From: Octopus vulgaris
Taxonomy: Eukaryota
Direction: 5' to 3'
NCBI GenBank assembly: GCA_951406725.2
Contig: OX597837.1
Location: forward strand, 35,216,001-35,280,000
DNA length: 64,000 bases
Both the position numbers and the translations under genes were made by a program. Under the pieces are notes generated by a model. The model did no database searches and was not told the DNA's origin. It saw only the letters and a program-made list of their open reading frames with translations. This document shows positions 1 through 14,147 of the stretch, piece after piece (within the stretch, counting starts at the first letter, position 1; every line of letters begins with the position of its first letter).

Positions 1-267
1 TTAAGTACCAGTTACGCACTGGGGTCGATGTAATCGGCTTAATCCATTTGTCTGTTCTTGTTTGTCCCCTCTATGTTTAGTCCCCTGTGGGCAATGGGCT
101 GTATGGTAAGAAGCTTACTTCCCAACCATATGGTTCCAGGTTCAGTTCCATTGCATAATACCATTCATTAAATATTTCTACTAAAGCCTCAGACCAACCA
201 AAGCCTTGTGAATGGATTTGGTAGATGGAAACTAAAAGAAAGCAATCATATATGTATACATATATAG

Positions 268-301
<34 letters not shown>

Positions 302-1125
302 TGTGTATGTGTGTCTCAGGCCATCACTTGACAACCAATCCTGGTATGTTTATGTCCCTGTAACTTAGCAGTTCAGCAAAAGAAACCGATAGAATAAAAA
401 CTAGACTTTAAAAAAAATAAGTCCTGGAGTCAAGTTGTTTGACTAAAACCCTTCAAGGCGGTGCTCCAGCATGGCCACAGTGAAATGACTGAAACAGGTT
501 GAAGAGTTAACTCTGATATGAACTTTTCAAAGAAGTTAGAATGACATTAGAACGGTTAAGAACAGAATTTAAACAACATGCAAAAGATAGATTATTAGTA
601 AAAATAAAACCAAAACTTTACAAGCTTAAAATAGCATATCCCAAAGAGGGAAATACTATTTTAACAACTCCAAATATCTAAAAAAAAAAAAATGCTTATT
701 GGTGCATTTGGTTGCACTTGTACACAATTTGAGAAATAATTAATGGACTGTGTCATGGAGTGCCCCGAACCAATCTAATCAGACATCTTAAATGTTTTAT
801 TTGCTTTCGATTACATCCTGTTTGAATTACTGTTTTTTATCCTACTTTCATTTATTTATGCTGATGCACTTTTATGTACTTTTAGAATCTTAATAAATCC
901 ATTCATTTACTGCATGACGTCTCTCACTTCCTCTCTTACACTTCCTTATTTGTAACCTTGCCTTTCACTTTTGCGTCACTTTTACGTCACTTTTTCCTTC
1001 CATTGTGACCCGCCCCCAGTGAAAGTTTGTTATTTTTCATATCTCTTCAAGCCCTTGCGATCATCATCATCACCATCACTATTTTCTTCCCCTAAAATTT
1101 CAGGTCTTTGTATCACTAACAGAAA

Positions 1126-1157
<32 letters not shown>

Positions 1158-1413
1158 CCTCTATCTCTCTTTCGGAGAGGCACTGAGCAGCTATACGCAC
1201 ACATACACACACGGCAGTAACTTCCATCTACCGAATTCAATCAGAAAGCTCCGGTCGGCTCGGGGCTATAGTGGAAGACACCTACCCAAACCATGTAGCT
1301 AGGAAGCAAGCTCCCTAACCACACATTATATTTTAAAAAGGATTGACATAACTCTTCACAAAGGTAAACAATCTTGACTATTATTATTAATATTATTATT
1401 AATGTGTGTATTA

Positions 1414-1471
<58 letters not shown>

Positions 1472-2369
1472 TAATTAATAATATTAGTCTGTTACTGGAA
1501 TCGATATAATTGACCATTTTTTCTGCCAAAATTTCAGACATTTGTACTTATATTAGATTCATCATCATTATCATCCTCATCATCATGAATTAATTGATTA
1601 ACAATAAATAATAATTATTATTATTGTAAGTTGCAGTAAGAGTGTCAGAAGAGGTCTGGCGGCAGTTGTGTTTTCTTTTCACTCTTAACAACATACAGTA
1701 ACAACAACAACAAACAATAACAACGACTATAACAACAACAACCGGTAACTAAAACAACAACACAGACACAAACTACAACACCAACAACAACAACGACAAC
1801 AGCAGCAATCAATCCAGTGCACCTGTATTGATGAAGTGTCGTCCAATCGATGCCACGATAGTCCATTAAATAAGTGGGAGGTAATTAAAGGTAAACTTTG
1901 TAGCTCGTAGTCATCACCTGGCTACCCACCTTCCCACTTCTCTATCTCTCTCTCTTTCTATCTCTCTCTCTTTCTCTCCCTCTCTGAAAGTCTGTCACCC
2001 AGTCTACATCAGTAATGCTGAAAATGTATGTACAAAAAAATCGTGCGTGTATGTATGTGTGTGTGTGTATGTGTGTATGTGTGTATGAGTTTGAGTATGT
2101 ATGTATGTGTGTGTGTGTATGTGTGTATATGTATGTGTGTGTATGCATGCATATGTATGTGTGTATAAGTTTGAGCATGTATGTATATGTGTGTATATGT
2201 GTATGCATGTGTGTGAATGTATGTGTATGTATGTGTATGTATGTGTGTATGTGTGTATGTATGTATCTGTGTGCATGTATGTATGTGTGTGCATGTATGT
2301 ATGTATGTGTGCATGTATGTGTGTGTGTATATGTATGTATGTATGTGTGTATATGTATATGTGTATGTA

Positions 2370-3890
2370 TTAGGTTATTTGAAAAGTACTGATTTTTTGC
2401 AAACATTTTTTCAAGTTCAATTTAAGATGTTATTTTTGTAGTGTTTTAGACATTTTACATGTTCAATAACTGATGTATACCCTTTAATAAATTTTTATTG
2501 ATTTCTTATTTCCTTATTGCCCACAAGGGGCTACAAACAAGATTAGACAAACAGATTAAGTCGATTATATCGACCCCAATGCGTAACTGATACTTATTTA
2601 ATTGACCCCGAAATGATGAAATGCAAAGTTGACTTGGCAGAATTTGAACTCAGAACGTAGCGGCAGACGAAATACTGCTAAGCATTTTGCCCGGCGTGCT
2701 AATGTTTCTGCCAGCTTGCCACCTTCTTTTTATTGATTTCTTTCGCAATATAAATTTTGAAGCGTAGAAATCCTTAATGTCAAACATGAGAAAAAAGAAG
2801 AAATGTGTTTCCTTTTTTTACATGAAGTCAAGCTTGGACATAATGCTTCCCAAGCAGCTGCCAATATCAAGAGGGCATGAAATGAAGGGTCCACTAGTGA
2901 CTGGATGTACGACAGTGGTTTGAGACATTCCATTGTGGGGCTGAGAGCCTTGAAGATCACGAAGGTAGAGGACACCCATCCACCCTTGATATCAGCATCT
3001 GAAAGCAACTGTCAAACAAAACCTACGACAAAGTATCAGAGAAATGTCTCATACGCTTGGTGTCAGTGTTTCAACATTATCAGATCACCCGAAGAAGATC
3101 GGCAAAATGAAAAAACTCAATAAATGGGTCTCAAATAACCTCAATGAAAATCAAAGACTTTTGAAGTATGTTTGAAGTGTGTTTGATGTTCTCTCTGTGA
3201 AACACTTATGATCCATTTCTTGAACAAATAGTGACTTATGACAAAAAGTGGATCCTTTATGACAATAGTAAGGGATCAGGTCAATGGTTCGATTGTGATG
3301 AAGCACCCAAACATTTCCCGAAACTGAAACTGCATCAGCAGAAGATCATGGTGATTATCTGGAGGTCTGCTATTGGTGTCATCCATTATAGCTTTCTGGA
3401 ACCAAACCAGAGCATGACTTCAGATTTCTACTGCAAGGGACTGGAAGAAATGCATCTTCACTTGAACAAAATGAGACCTGCACTTGTTAATCGACGTGGT
3501 CCACTTCTGCTCCACAAAAACGCCTGACTGCACATTTCCAGGATGACACTGCGGAAATTCGTAGACTTGGGATACAAGACTTTACCACAACCTCCATATT
3601 CTCTTGATCTTTCACCCACCAACTACTAATTTTTCAAGCATCTCAATACTATTTTAAGACAAAAAAAATTATTTCATTCCAAAACTAAGGTTAAAACTGA
3701 ATTCAAGGATTTCTTGTCATCAGAACCTTTGAGTCTTTATTGAAGAGGCATAAGTGACCTGGTTAATCAATGAGAAAAATACCTAGCTGTTCAGGGATCG
3801 TATTTTGAATAATTAAACTTTCGTATATGTTCAGTTTTTCAAGACTGTAGGATTATTTTTAAAATTAACCATTATTTTCTAACATATAGC
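2370..3890 (+). mobile_element. Decayed mariner (DD34D) transposon, interrupted by a SINE at about 2503-2725
   Basis: Frameshifted transposase: FLHEVKLGHNASQAAANI, VTYDKKWILYDN, QKIMVIIW..IGVIHYSFLEP, LLLHKNA, PPYSLDLSPTNY; left end TATTAGGTT. Boundaries approximate. Confidence 0.9.
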
Positions 3891-4173
3891 TTACCTTTCT
3901 GTTAAGGTAAGAGCAATAAAAAAAAGTACTCCATCTAGTGAGAGATGAATATCATTTCTTGTACACAGTATATAGTTATGAGTTACTGATAGTTTCATGC
4001 ATTGGATATATTATCCAACCAGGTTTTAAAACATGACTAACATATAAGGCCTCGTGCCCAGAGCCTGAAGATTACTTGGAGACACTAGGTGTATTTTAAA
4101 ACCTGCTGAGAAAATATCTTCAGTGTAGGAAACTATTAACATCTCATAACTATATACACTGTGTACATTAAAC

Positions 4174-4214
<41 letters not shown>

Positions 4215-4689
4215 TTGCCTTCGAAACATGGAGTAGTTAAAACAGGGACAACTGAAGAAGGGGAATATTCTTTATGTTGTATATCTCGTTTTTCTGTTTG
4301 TTTGTTTTTTGTTGCTCGAAAAAAAGTTCGTTTTCTATGTTTTTGTTTCTCATTGTGTTCAACGTTTTTTTGACGTCCTGTACCCCTATATGCATGTATA
4401 TATACATATATATGTAGGTATGTACATATATGTATGTATATATGCATATATTTATATATTATTTATATATATATATTTAGTGTGGGTAGTTAAAATCCAA
4501 ACTGTGTCAGCACATGATTTTCCATCTGAAGAATTTCTAATAGGAAATTTCTAACATGTTTATCTAACATGACATGAACAATTTGTAACTCCTATTACCA
4601 AACGAAACATATGTAATGGTGAATAAATAATACCAAAACATTTTTCCAACTTCCAAAGTAGGAAGTTGGAATATAAATATCTTTCACCT

Positions 4690-5267
4690 GCACTGCCTCC
4701 GGAAAATCCTTGGCATCAAATGGCAGAATCATGTCCCCAACAAAGATGTCCTCAAGCAAGTAGGAATACCAAGCATGTTTGCACTCCTCACACAAAGACG
4801 TTTGAGATGGCTTGGACATGTTAGCCATATGGAAGATGGCAGAATCCCCAAGGACATACTCTATGGAGAGCTTGCTAGGGGCACTAGGTCTGTAGGAAGA
4901 CCGTTCTTACATTACAAGGATGTTTGCAAAAGGGACATGAAGGCCTGCAACATCAATATTAGCAACTGGGAAGCAGTTGCTAGCAACCATGGAGATTGGC
5001 AACGTACCGTAAAAGAGGGAACACAAAGGAGTGATAGAGAGAGAGAGGAGAAATGGAAAGACAAGAAAAGACGTCAACAAGAAACTATGACATTGCAACC
5101 AGCCAAGCAAAGTCTTCGCTACATTTGCGGTACCTGCCAGAGGGAGTGTTTGTCCAGGATAGGACTACACAGCCACAGCAGGAAATGTATTAGGACATGA
5201 AATGTAAAAGCCGGACTAGATTATTTTATGCATAGCTCAATTGTCTCCCGAGACAAAAAGGATGCCA

Positions 5268-5270
<3 letters not shown>
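4690..5270 (+). mobile_element. 5'-truncated RTE (BovB-like) LINE 3' end
   Basis: QRRLRWLGHVSHMEDGRIPKDILYGEL...C..C..RIGLHSH is a typical RTE C-terminus; followed by a short 3' UTR and (TA)n. Confidence 0.9.
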
Positions 5271-5307
<37 letters not shown>

Positions 5308-7688
5308 AAGTAAGATAGGGGTTATGGGGGTAACCCACTATGGGATATCATTTATCCAATATACTGTTGGTAAAGTACCCAAATTCTTAATACATAAATG
5401 TTTTTAATCGCAATGCAATTAAGTCATTTATTGTATTAAACGGGTGAAGGTAAAGAAATATTTTTACTGTAAATTTATAATGCAAATAAGAAAATGGAGA
5501 AACAAATTTGGTTTGTTCATCAATAGATAAGATAATAATACAAATAGAGATTTTAAAAGTCATAGTATAAATCAATGAAATCCTTTTTTAGGATTTCATT
5601 GATTTATACTATGACTTTATCAGTCCCTTTTGCTGAACCGCTAAGATAAAGGAACATAAACACACCAACACTGGTTGTCAAGTGGTGGTGGGGAACAAAC
5701 ACAGACACACACACATGCATGTATCCATGACGGTCTCCTTTCGGTTTCTGTTGACCAAATTCACTCACAAGGTTTTATTCAAGCCAAGACTATATTAAAC
5801 GATACCCAAGGTGCCACACAGTGGGACTGAACCCGGAACCATGTGGCTGCGAAGCAAACTCCTTACCACACAGCTACACCATATTCATTCACATTCATAT
5901 ACACACATACATATGTTCACATACGCACACACCCACTTACATGCATATGTACATTCACACACACACACACACACACATCCATCCACTTCTATACATACCC
6001 AGACCCACACCTCATCTCTCCACCCTATAAATTCGTGCCATTTCCAAGTACTTTATGCTTCTCACTCCCCCCTCACACACATAAGCCCCCCCACATTACA
6101 AATGTTAACAACAACAACAACAAAAGAGAGATTACATGCGGTCATTCAACCTGCTAAAAATAGCCAAGACACTTGAACCACACACACACACACACACCAC
6201 ATACACATGCATCCACATCACATCACGCACGTACACACACACACACACCATAGCACACACATACACCACAGCACATACAAACACATCCACACCACATCAC
6301 ACACAAGCACACATACACACACAGACCATAGTGCACACACACATGCAATACAGAACACACACACACACACACACACAACACATACACCATAGCACGATCA
6401 CACCAAATGACACACACACACCACACACTCAACAGTCTTAAAAAAAGACACATTAGACAGTGTAATCCTAGATACACATGGTCACAGCTGGAATTATCTT
6501 GTTCACTAAGGACGTATTAAATAAAGAGATGAAAACATCTCCATCTAATTTTATCTTTCATTAACATATATTGGTGACTGATGACGATGTTCAAATGAAG
6601 GCCTTTGATATGTAAGTTCTGCACTGAGTCACAGACACTCCCTTGTCCCTCACGCCATGGAAACATGTGATGAAATAGTGATTGGATCAATGACTACAGT
6701 GTTCACCAATTAGGGGTAAACAGCTTGCTTCCCAACCACATGGTTCCGGGTTCAGTCCTACTGTGTGGCACCTTGGGCAAGTATCTTCTACCCATAACCT
6801 TAGAACAACCAAAGCTAAGTGAATTTTGAAGACAGAAACTTAAAGACGCCCATCATGTGTGTGTGCGTGCACGCAGGTTTTTGTGTCTGTCCTACCACGA
6901 CCACCACTTGACAACCGGTGTTGGTGTGTTTATGTCCCCATAACTTAGTCTTTGGACAAAAGAGTGATAGAAAATGTACCAGGTTTAAAAAAATAAACAC
7001 TGGAGTCGATTCATTGGGCTAAAAGTTCCTCAAGGTGGTGCCCCAGCATGGTCACAGTCTAATGACTGAAACAAGCAAAAGAAAAGATATACATATAAAC
7101 ACACACACACACACACTCATTATATATATATATATATATATATTTACTCTTTTACTTGTTTCAGTCATTTGACTGTGACCATGCTGGAGCACCACCTTTA
7201 GTCGAGTAAATCTATCCCAGGGCTTATTCTTTCTAAGTCTAGTACTTATTCTATCGGACTCTTTTGCCAAACCACTAAGTTAGAGGGACGTAAATACACG
7301 AGTATTGGTTGTCAAGTGATATTGGGGGGACAAACACAGACACACAAACACACACACGCATATATATATACATATATATGACAGGCTTCCTTCAGTTTCT
7401 ATCTATCAAAACCACTCACAAGGCTTTGGTCGGCCCGAGGCTATAGTAGAAGACACTTGCCCAAGGTGCCATGCAGTGGGACCAAACCCAGAACTATGTG
7501 GTTGGGAATCAACCTACTTGCCCCACAGCCACTCCTGTACCTATATATATATATATACATACACATATAGTGTTGTATTTTGGAATGGTCATTTTGCCAG
7601 TTTGGCCAATAAAAACACACGCACTAAATATTTGGTGTTACTTTGCTTCAGTGTTATTTATTTTTTGCATTAATCTTAATCTTATTTC

Positions 7689-7732
7689 GGCCAGAGTTCT
7701 TTCGTCACACTCCTGTGACCTCATCAGTGGTC
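7689..7732 (-). ncRNA. Hammerhead ribozyme motif inside an inverted-repeat Penelope-like remnant
   Basis: Minus strand: GACCA-CTGATGA-G-GTCAC-aggagt-GTGAC-GAAA-GAAC-TC-TGGCC; flanked by inverted arms 7571-7612 and 7768-7809. Confidence 0.7.
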
Positions 7733-8005
7733 CTTTGTTTTCTTCTTTCTTATTTGTGTGTCTCTCCTTACTGGCTAAACTGGCAAAATAACCATTCCGA
7801 AATACAACAATATCTGTTTCAACAAACGATTTCACATAAAAAATCTTACACAACAAATATATATATATAAATACACACACACCATTAATTTAATGTCTGT
7901 TTTATATTGTTTTATATCTATGTATGTATGAGACTAAAATAAATGAAGATTATGTTACATAACTTTACAATATAAAACAAACAGAAAAGTAATGATGTAT
8001 ATATA

Positions 8006-8415
8006 GGCGCAGGAGTGGCTGTGTGGTAAGTAGCTTTCTAACCAGCCACATGGTTCCAGGTTCAGTCCCACTGCGTGGCATCTTGGGCAAGTGTCTTCTG
8101 CTATAGCCCCGGGCCGACCAATGCCTTGTGAGTGGATTTGGTAGATGGAAACTGAAAGAAGCCTGTCTTATATATGTATATATACATATATGCATGTGTA
8201 TATGTTTGTGTGTCTGTGTTTGTCCCCCTAGCATTGCTTGACAACCGATGCTGGTGTGTTTACATCCCCGTCACTTAGCGGTTCGGCAAAAAGAGACCGA
8301 TAGAATAAGTACTGGGCTTACAAAAAGAATAAGTCCCGGGGTCGATTTGCTCGACTAAAGGCGGTGCTCCAGCATGGCCGCAGTCAAATGACTGAAACAA
8401 GTAAAAGAGAAAAGA
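8006..8415 (+). mobile_element. tRNA-derived CORE-type SINE (family A; octopus OR/OK-like), full length
   Basis: A box TGGCTGTGTGG, B-box-like GGTTCAGTCCC, CORE-like TTGGGCAAGTGTCTT, internal microsatellite, AAAAGAG tail. More than 25 copies or fragments in the window (e.g. 95-500, 6715-7085, 7145-7540, 20715-21120). Confidence 0.9.
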
Positions 8416-9024
8416 GAGTATATATGTATATGTATGTATGTACACATGTCTTGAAATGGCTATCATGATTTTTACCCAATGAACTAATTATCTAATTATC
8501 GATAATCAATTCTTTTGCTGTGGTATGAATTAATCAAGAAACAACAAGCATATTACAAAAGAAACAAAAAAAAACAAAACAAGAGCTTAATTAACATTAA
8601 TACGTCTAATACCTGGAGAACATTACAGGAATTAACGAGACAAATTTAGAGACATCAACCACATGGAAAACAATAGCCAAGTTACTGTTAACATATTTAA
8701 TCATTGGAGCGTTAAATAGCTAAGTAACTGTTAAGTTAGTGTTAACATATTTAGTCAGTGGAGCGTGAAATAGCTAACGAGACAGACATAAGCAATCAGT
8801 TTTAATTATTTAATCACTTACCAGTTCTATTTCTCCCCATGCCAATAAATGAAAAATCTTATAAATTTATCGAGGATATCATAAAGTAATGTTGTGTTTT
8901 TCAAGCAAATTGTTTGACGTCATACCACGAATGGTTAACGAGCCGATAAAAGGTGTCCTTGCAATAAACCAATCGGTATAGAGTTAATGACCAGCTCTTA
9001 ATATGGACATGTACTTTGTGTGTG

Positions 9025-9325
9025 TTAAGTTAAGTTAAGTTAAGTCAATGTTTTGGCTCAAAAAGCACAAGCAAGGCCATGTAGGGGGACATGGAGTTAT
9101 GTACAGGGAAGGTGTTCATGCAAAGAGTTCGGGCCATTTCTGGTCAAGCGAGTCTTTGAACCGAGCGGTCGTCGGCATCTTCACTATCTCGTCCGGCAGC
9201 CTATTCCATGGATCCGCAAACCGGACGGAGAAAGCCCCTCTCCTTCGATTGAGATGAAATCGTCGCAGATAGAGCTTTTCGGAGTGACCCCGCAGCCAAC
9301 GCTCTGGAGCAGGAGTGAAGAACAG
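9025..9325 (-). mobile_element. CR1-clade LINE 3' end
   Basis: LRGHSEKL...RRGAFSVRFADPWNRLPDEIV....ARFKDSLD, short 3' UTR and (AACTT)n tail. Confidence 0.85.
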
Positions 9326-9737
9326 CTCTTTCGAGAGTGTGTGTGTGTATGTGTGGGCTTGGAAAACAAGGACTTTAATAAGCTGCATAATCAACACTGC
9401 ACGTTTTGCAGTGGTAAGAAACTCTTCAGAGAGAGAGAGAGCTGAACAACAGAAGGTTTCCAGAGAAGAAAGCCCACTCAGGCAAGTGTTTCAGTTCTAA
9501 ACTTCTTACACTCTAAAAGGGCTGGGCCACATCCAGGTCATGACTCCTGGGTGCCCATCTGCTGACACATTTTAGCCATTTGGATATCAGAGACTTGTGC
9601 ATGTAAACCTAGATTTTATCTTGTTGGAACTCCTCTCTGCTGACTCAGCATTCAAACTTAAACTCAAGGAAGAAATAACATTATTTACATTACTTCTTAC
9701 ATTCAACGGATATTTGTCCTCATCTTGTTTGTTGTGA

Positions 9738-9781
9738 ACACAACGTTTCAGCTGATATACCCTCCAGCCTTCATCAGGTGT
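9738..9781 (-). ncRNA. Minimal type I hammerhead ribozyme motif (Penelope-type)
   Basis: Minus strand: ACAC-CTGATGA-A-GGCTG-gagggtatat-CAGCT-GAAACGTT-GTGT; stems I and II pair, palindromic ACGT stem III. Confidence 0.75.
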
Positions 9782-9887
9782 CTTGGGGAAATTTCAAATC
9801 TGGGTTATCATTCCTAAGGTATTTTTCAATGTTGTTATCATTATTATTATTAATATTATTATTATTATTATTATAATAATTATTATT

Positions 9888-10690
9888 GGCCTCAGCAGAA
9901 TTTGAACTCAGACTGTAGTGATGGATGAAATACCTTTAAGCATTTTATTCAGTATTCTAACGATTCTGCTAGCTCACCATAACCCTAAACCCTAACACCA
10001 GTTTAATAATCCTTTCTATTAAAGACACAAGGCCTGAAATGTGGTAGGAGGATCTAGTTGATCATATCAACCCCAGTACATAACTGGTGTTTATTTCATT
10101 GACCCCCCAAGAGGAAGAAAGGCAAAGTTGACCTCAATGGAATTTGAACTCAGGACAGCGGTGGCCAAAATATTGCTAAGCATTTCATTCAGTGTGCTAA
10201 CGATTCTGCCAGCTTGCCACCCTAAACACCAGTTTAATGATCCTTTCTACTAAAGGCACAAGGCCTGAAATTTTGGTGGGAAGGTCTAGTCAATTATATC
10301 AACCCCAGTATATAACTGGTACTTATTTCATTGACCCTCCAAAAGGAAGAAAGGCAACGTTGACCTCGGCAGAATTAGAATTCAGGACAGCGGTGGGCAA
10401 AATACCTTTAAACATTTCATTCAGCATGCTAACAATTCTGCCAGCTCACCATCCTAAACACGAGTTTAATAATCTTTTCTACTAAAGGCACAATGCCGGA
10501 AATTTGGTGGGAGGGTCTAGTCGATTATATCGACCACAGTATGTAACTGGTACCCAAGAGGAAGAAAAGCAATGTTGACCTCAGCAGAATTTGAACTCGG
10601 GACATAGCAGTGGGCGAAATATCGCTAAGCACTTTGTTCAACGTGCTAACAATTCTGCCAGTTCACCACCCTAAACACCAGTTTAATAAG
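9888..10690 (-). repeat. Tandem array (about 228-bp period, about 3.5 units) of SINE family B
   Basis: Repeated CTAAACACCAGTTTAAT junction at about 9992, 10222, 10454 and 10671. Confidence 0.85.
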
Positions 10691-12561
10691 GATAAAGGTT
10701 TTGTTGGAAATTTTCCATTATTTTCAAAATTAATTGAAACGAAGGCTGTGTTTTTCAACAGAAATATGGTAACGAGAAGATTAAAGTAATCCTAATTAAA
10801 ACCTTCCATGAAAGCTTCATGTTAATCCAAGGCAGTGAGCTGACCAAATTAGTAGCACATCGGACAAAATGCTTAGAAGCATTTTGTCCACCTTTACATT
10901 CTGAGTTCAAATTCTGTCAGAGTCGACTTCACTTTTTATTCTTTCAGGGTTGATAAAATAAGTACCAGTCAAGCACTGGGGTCAACGTAATCAACTTGCC
11001 TGCTTCCCCTAAATTGCTGGCCTTGTGCCAAAACTTGAAACTGAGATGTCATGTTAATTTATGTTCCAAAGACCAGCTTAATAATGGCAAAGTTATTTCT
11101 CTAAATTTTTCATTATTTTCAAAATTAGACACAAAACTCTACTTGTGAAGACCTGTTGAGGCAAGTGAAAATCAAAATCAAAATCAAAATCGATCAACAT
11201 CAATGGAATTTGTAGTTTTGTGGTACCAGTGCTGGTGGCACATAAGAGAACCATCCGAACGTGGCCGTTGCTAGCGCCACCCTGTCTGGCCTCCGTGCCA
11301 GTGGCACGTAAAAAGCACCATCCAATCGTGGCCATTTGCCAGCCTCGTCTGGCACCTGTGCAGGTGGCACGTAAAAAGCACCCACTACACTCATGGAGTG
11401 GTTGGCGTTAGGAAGGGCATCCAGCCATAGAAACACTGCCAGATCAGACCGGAGCCTGGTGCAGCCTTCTGGCTTCCCAGACCCCAGTTGAACCGTCCAA
11501 CCCATGCTAGCATGGAAAGCGGACGCTAAACGATGATGATGATGATGATGATGAAGACAATGAATTTGAACAAACAGGTAAAACAGAACGGTAGCGACAC
11601 CAAGCTCACTGGTTCCAAAGGGCCTGCAAAGGTCATGGGCTCTGCCCCTTCTTCCAAGACCAGCAAGTAAAAAATAAAATAAAATAAGCAAAAAAGAAAA
11701 AGAGAGAGAGAAGGAGAGAATGAAAATAAGGAGAGATTTTGAAAGCTGTTGGAGTCTCATTACATGTTTTATACAGAGCTTCCTAGCTGGGTCGAAGCCA
11801 AAATCAACAATCCATACATGACGAACATGATTGAAAACACAGTTGTGCATTAAGCCATAGTGGTGACTCATCTACTAAAACAAAAGAAAGAAAGAAAGAA
11901 AAAACTAACAAGAAGAGCCTCTTTATGGTCACACATGCTGCTAGAAATAGTAGTTCAATCTCTCTCAATACACTCCCTTTAAATTTTAAAAAAAAAAGGG
12001 GCACATTTGGAAAGAGTATTCCAGGATGTAATATGCTTGAAAATGAGATGAGATGGTCGTGGTTGGAATACCTTTGATAATAAAAGTGTTTTTATTGAAC
12101 AGGGTTGAGAGAAGGAGAAATTCCGTCGCCGCCGACAATAACTGGCACTCTGTCACTTCTGATTTCATGGGTTCTGATTGATCCAAAAAATGGAACAGCC
12201 TGCTCATGAAATTAACTTCTAAGTGGCCGAGTACTCCATACACACACACGAGTAGCCTTAATGTAGTTCTCAGGGAGATTCAGGGTGATGCAGAACGTGG
12301 ATAACATTGGCCCTTTTAAATTACAGGTGTCACTCATTTTTGCCAACTGAGCGAACTGAAGCAATGTGAAATAAAGTATCTTGCTTGCTCAGGGACACGA
12401 TGCACTGCAGGGAATTGAACTCACGGCCATACAATTGTGAGTCGAATACCCTAAGCACTAAGCCACGTGCCTTCACTAGCAACAACAACTACAACAGTAA
12501 CAACAATGTGAATAAAATTGAAAGGAAGTTGAAGGAGACTCACAAATAAACTGAAGTGCAT

Positions 12562-12791
12562 TTAACCCTTTTCGTACCAATCCGGCTGAAACCGGTTCTG
12601 GCTCTGTAGTACAAATGTCTTGTTTTCACAAGTTTTGAATTAGAATCTTCCACCAAACTTTAGTCACAATTTATGCTCCTAACACTAGCTTAATGATAAC
12701 TAAGTTATTTTACTAAATTCTTTGTTATATTTAAAATTAATTGAAAGAAACACAAAGCATCTCAACAGAAATATGGTAACAAAAGGGTTAA
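12562..12791. mobile_element. piggyBac-type MITE
   Basis: TTAA-CCCTTTT...AAAAGGG-TTAA ends. Confidence 0.8.
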
Positions 12792-12892
12792 TCTTTTTCA
12801 CTCTGTAGAATTTCCACAGGTCCCATTAGTATTTATGTTGAAGATGACCTCAACAGCAATAAAATCATTCTTCCTTTTTTAAATAGCTTCTC

Positions 12893-13105
12893 TTAACCCT
12901 TTTGATACCAACCTGGCTCTGAGTACAAATGTCTTGTTTTCATAAGTTCTGAATTAAGATCTTCCACCAAAACTTAGTCACAATTTATGTTCCTAACATT
13001 AGCTTAATGATAACTAAGTTATTTTACTAAATTCTTTGTTATATTTAAAATTAATTGAAAGAAACACAGATCATGTCAAAATAAATACAGTAATGAAAGG
13101 GTTAA
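12893..13105. mobile_element. piggyBac-type MITE, same family as 12562-12791
   Basis: TTAA-CCCTTT...AAAGGG-TTAA; near-identical internal sequence. Confidence 0.8.
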
Positions 13106-13595
13106 GAAACTGCTTGTTTGTGGTGATATAATATGGAACGAATTAACCGTTATGCTGTAAGGTACAGGCATGGCTATGTGGTACAGAAGCTCACTTTCAG
13201 TTCAGTCCCATTGTGCAGCACCTAAGGTAAGGGTCTTCTATTTTCACCCCAGGTTGACCGATGCCTTGTGAGTGAATTCGGTAGGCAGAAACTGTGTGGA
13301 AGCGCCATTGTATATATATCTTTATCTTTAACTGTTTTGGTCATTGAACTGTGGCTATGCTGGGGCACTGCCTTGAAGAGTTTACTCAAACAAATCGACC
13401 CCTAGACTTATTTCTTTTTAAGCCTGGTATTTGTTCTATCGATCTCTTTTGCTGAACTGCTAAGTTACTGGGATGTAAATGAACTAACACAGGTTGTCAA
13501 GCAGTGGTGGGAAACAAACAAAAACACATGTCGATATATACATATATATATGTATATGTGTGTATGTATGATGTATATACGTGTATATATGTGTA

Positions 13596-13633
<38 letters not shown>

Positions 13634-13724
13634 GTTAATCCAAACAAGAAAGCACAAAAAAAACACAACAACGTGAGGACATGGAACAAATATAGTATTA
13701 TTGGACGCTCAGGAAAGAAGGAGG

Positions 13725-13759
13725 GTTTAACGTTTCGAGCGGAGCTCTTTGTCAGAAAC
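13725..13759 (-). ncRNA. Decayed hammerhead motif in Penelope-like remnant
   Basis: GTTT-CTGACAA-A-GAGC-tcc-GCTC-GAAACGTT-AAAC (core G8 changed to A); homologous to 26486-26520 and 47394-47429. Confidence 0.6.
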
Positions 13760-14147
13760 ATAGGAGAAGGAAAGATCCAGAGAAGGGAAGACAGAGGAAA
13801 AAAAATCGCCAACGATGATACGACAAGCTTCCTTCAGTTTCCATCTACCAAATCCACTCACAAGGTTTTGATCAGCTCAAGGCTATAGTAAAAGACATTT
13901 GCCCAAGATGCCACGCAGCGGGACTGAACCCAGAACCATGTGGTTGGGAAGCAAACTTCTTATCACACAGCCCTGCTTGCACTTACACCAGCATGAAAAT
14001 GCATGCGTGGTTTTTGTGTTTGCGTGCTGTCCCCCGTCACCACCTGACAGCCGGTGTTGGTTTGTTTACATCCTCTGTAGCTTAGCAGTTTAGCAAAAAA
14101 AAAAAAAACTGACAGAAAAAGCACCAAACTTAGAAAGATAACAAATA

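Noticed and set aside
8006-8080. tRNA-like heads in SINEs
   Set aside because: They continue into SINE bodies and lack a full cloverleaf, so they are not tRNA genes.
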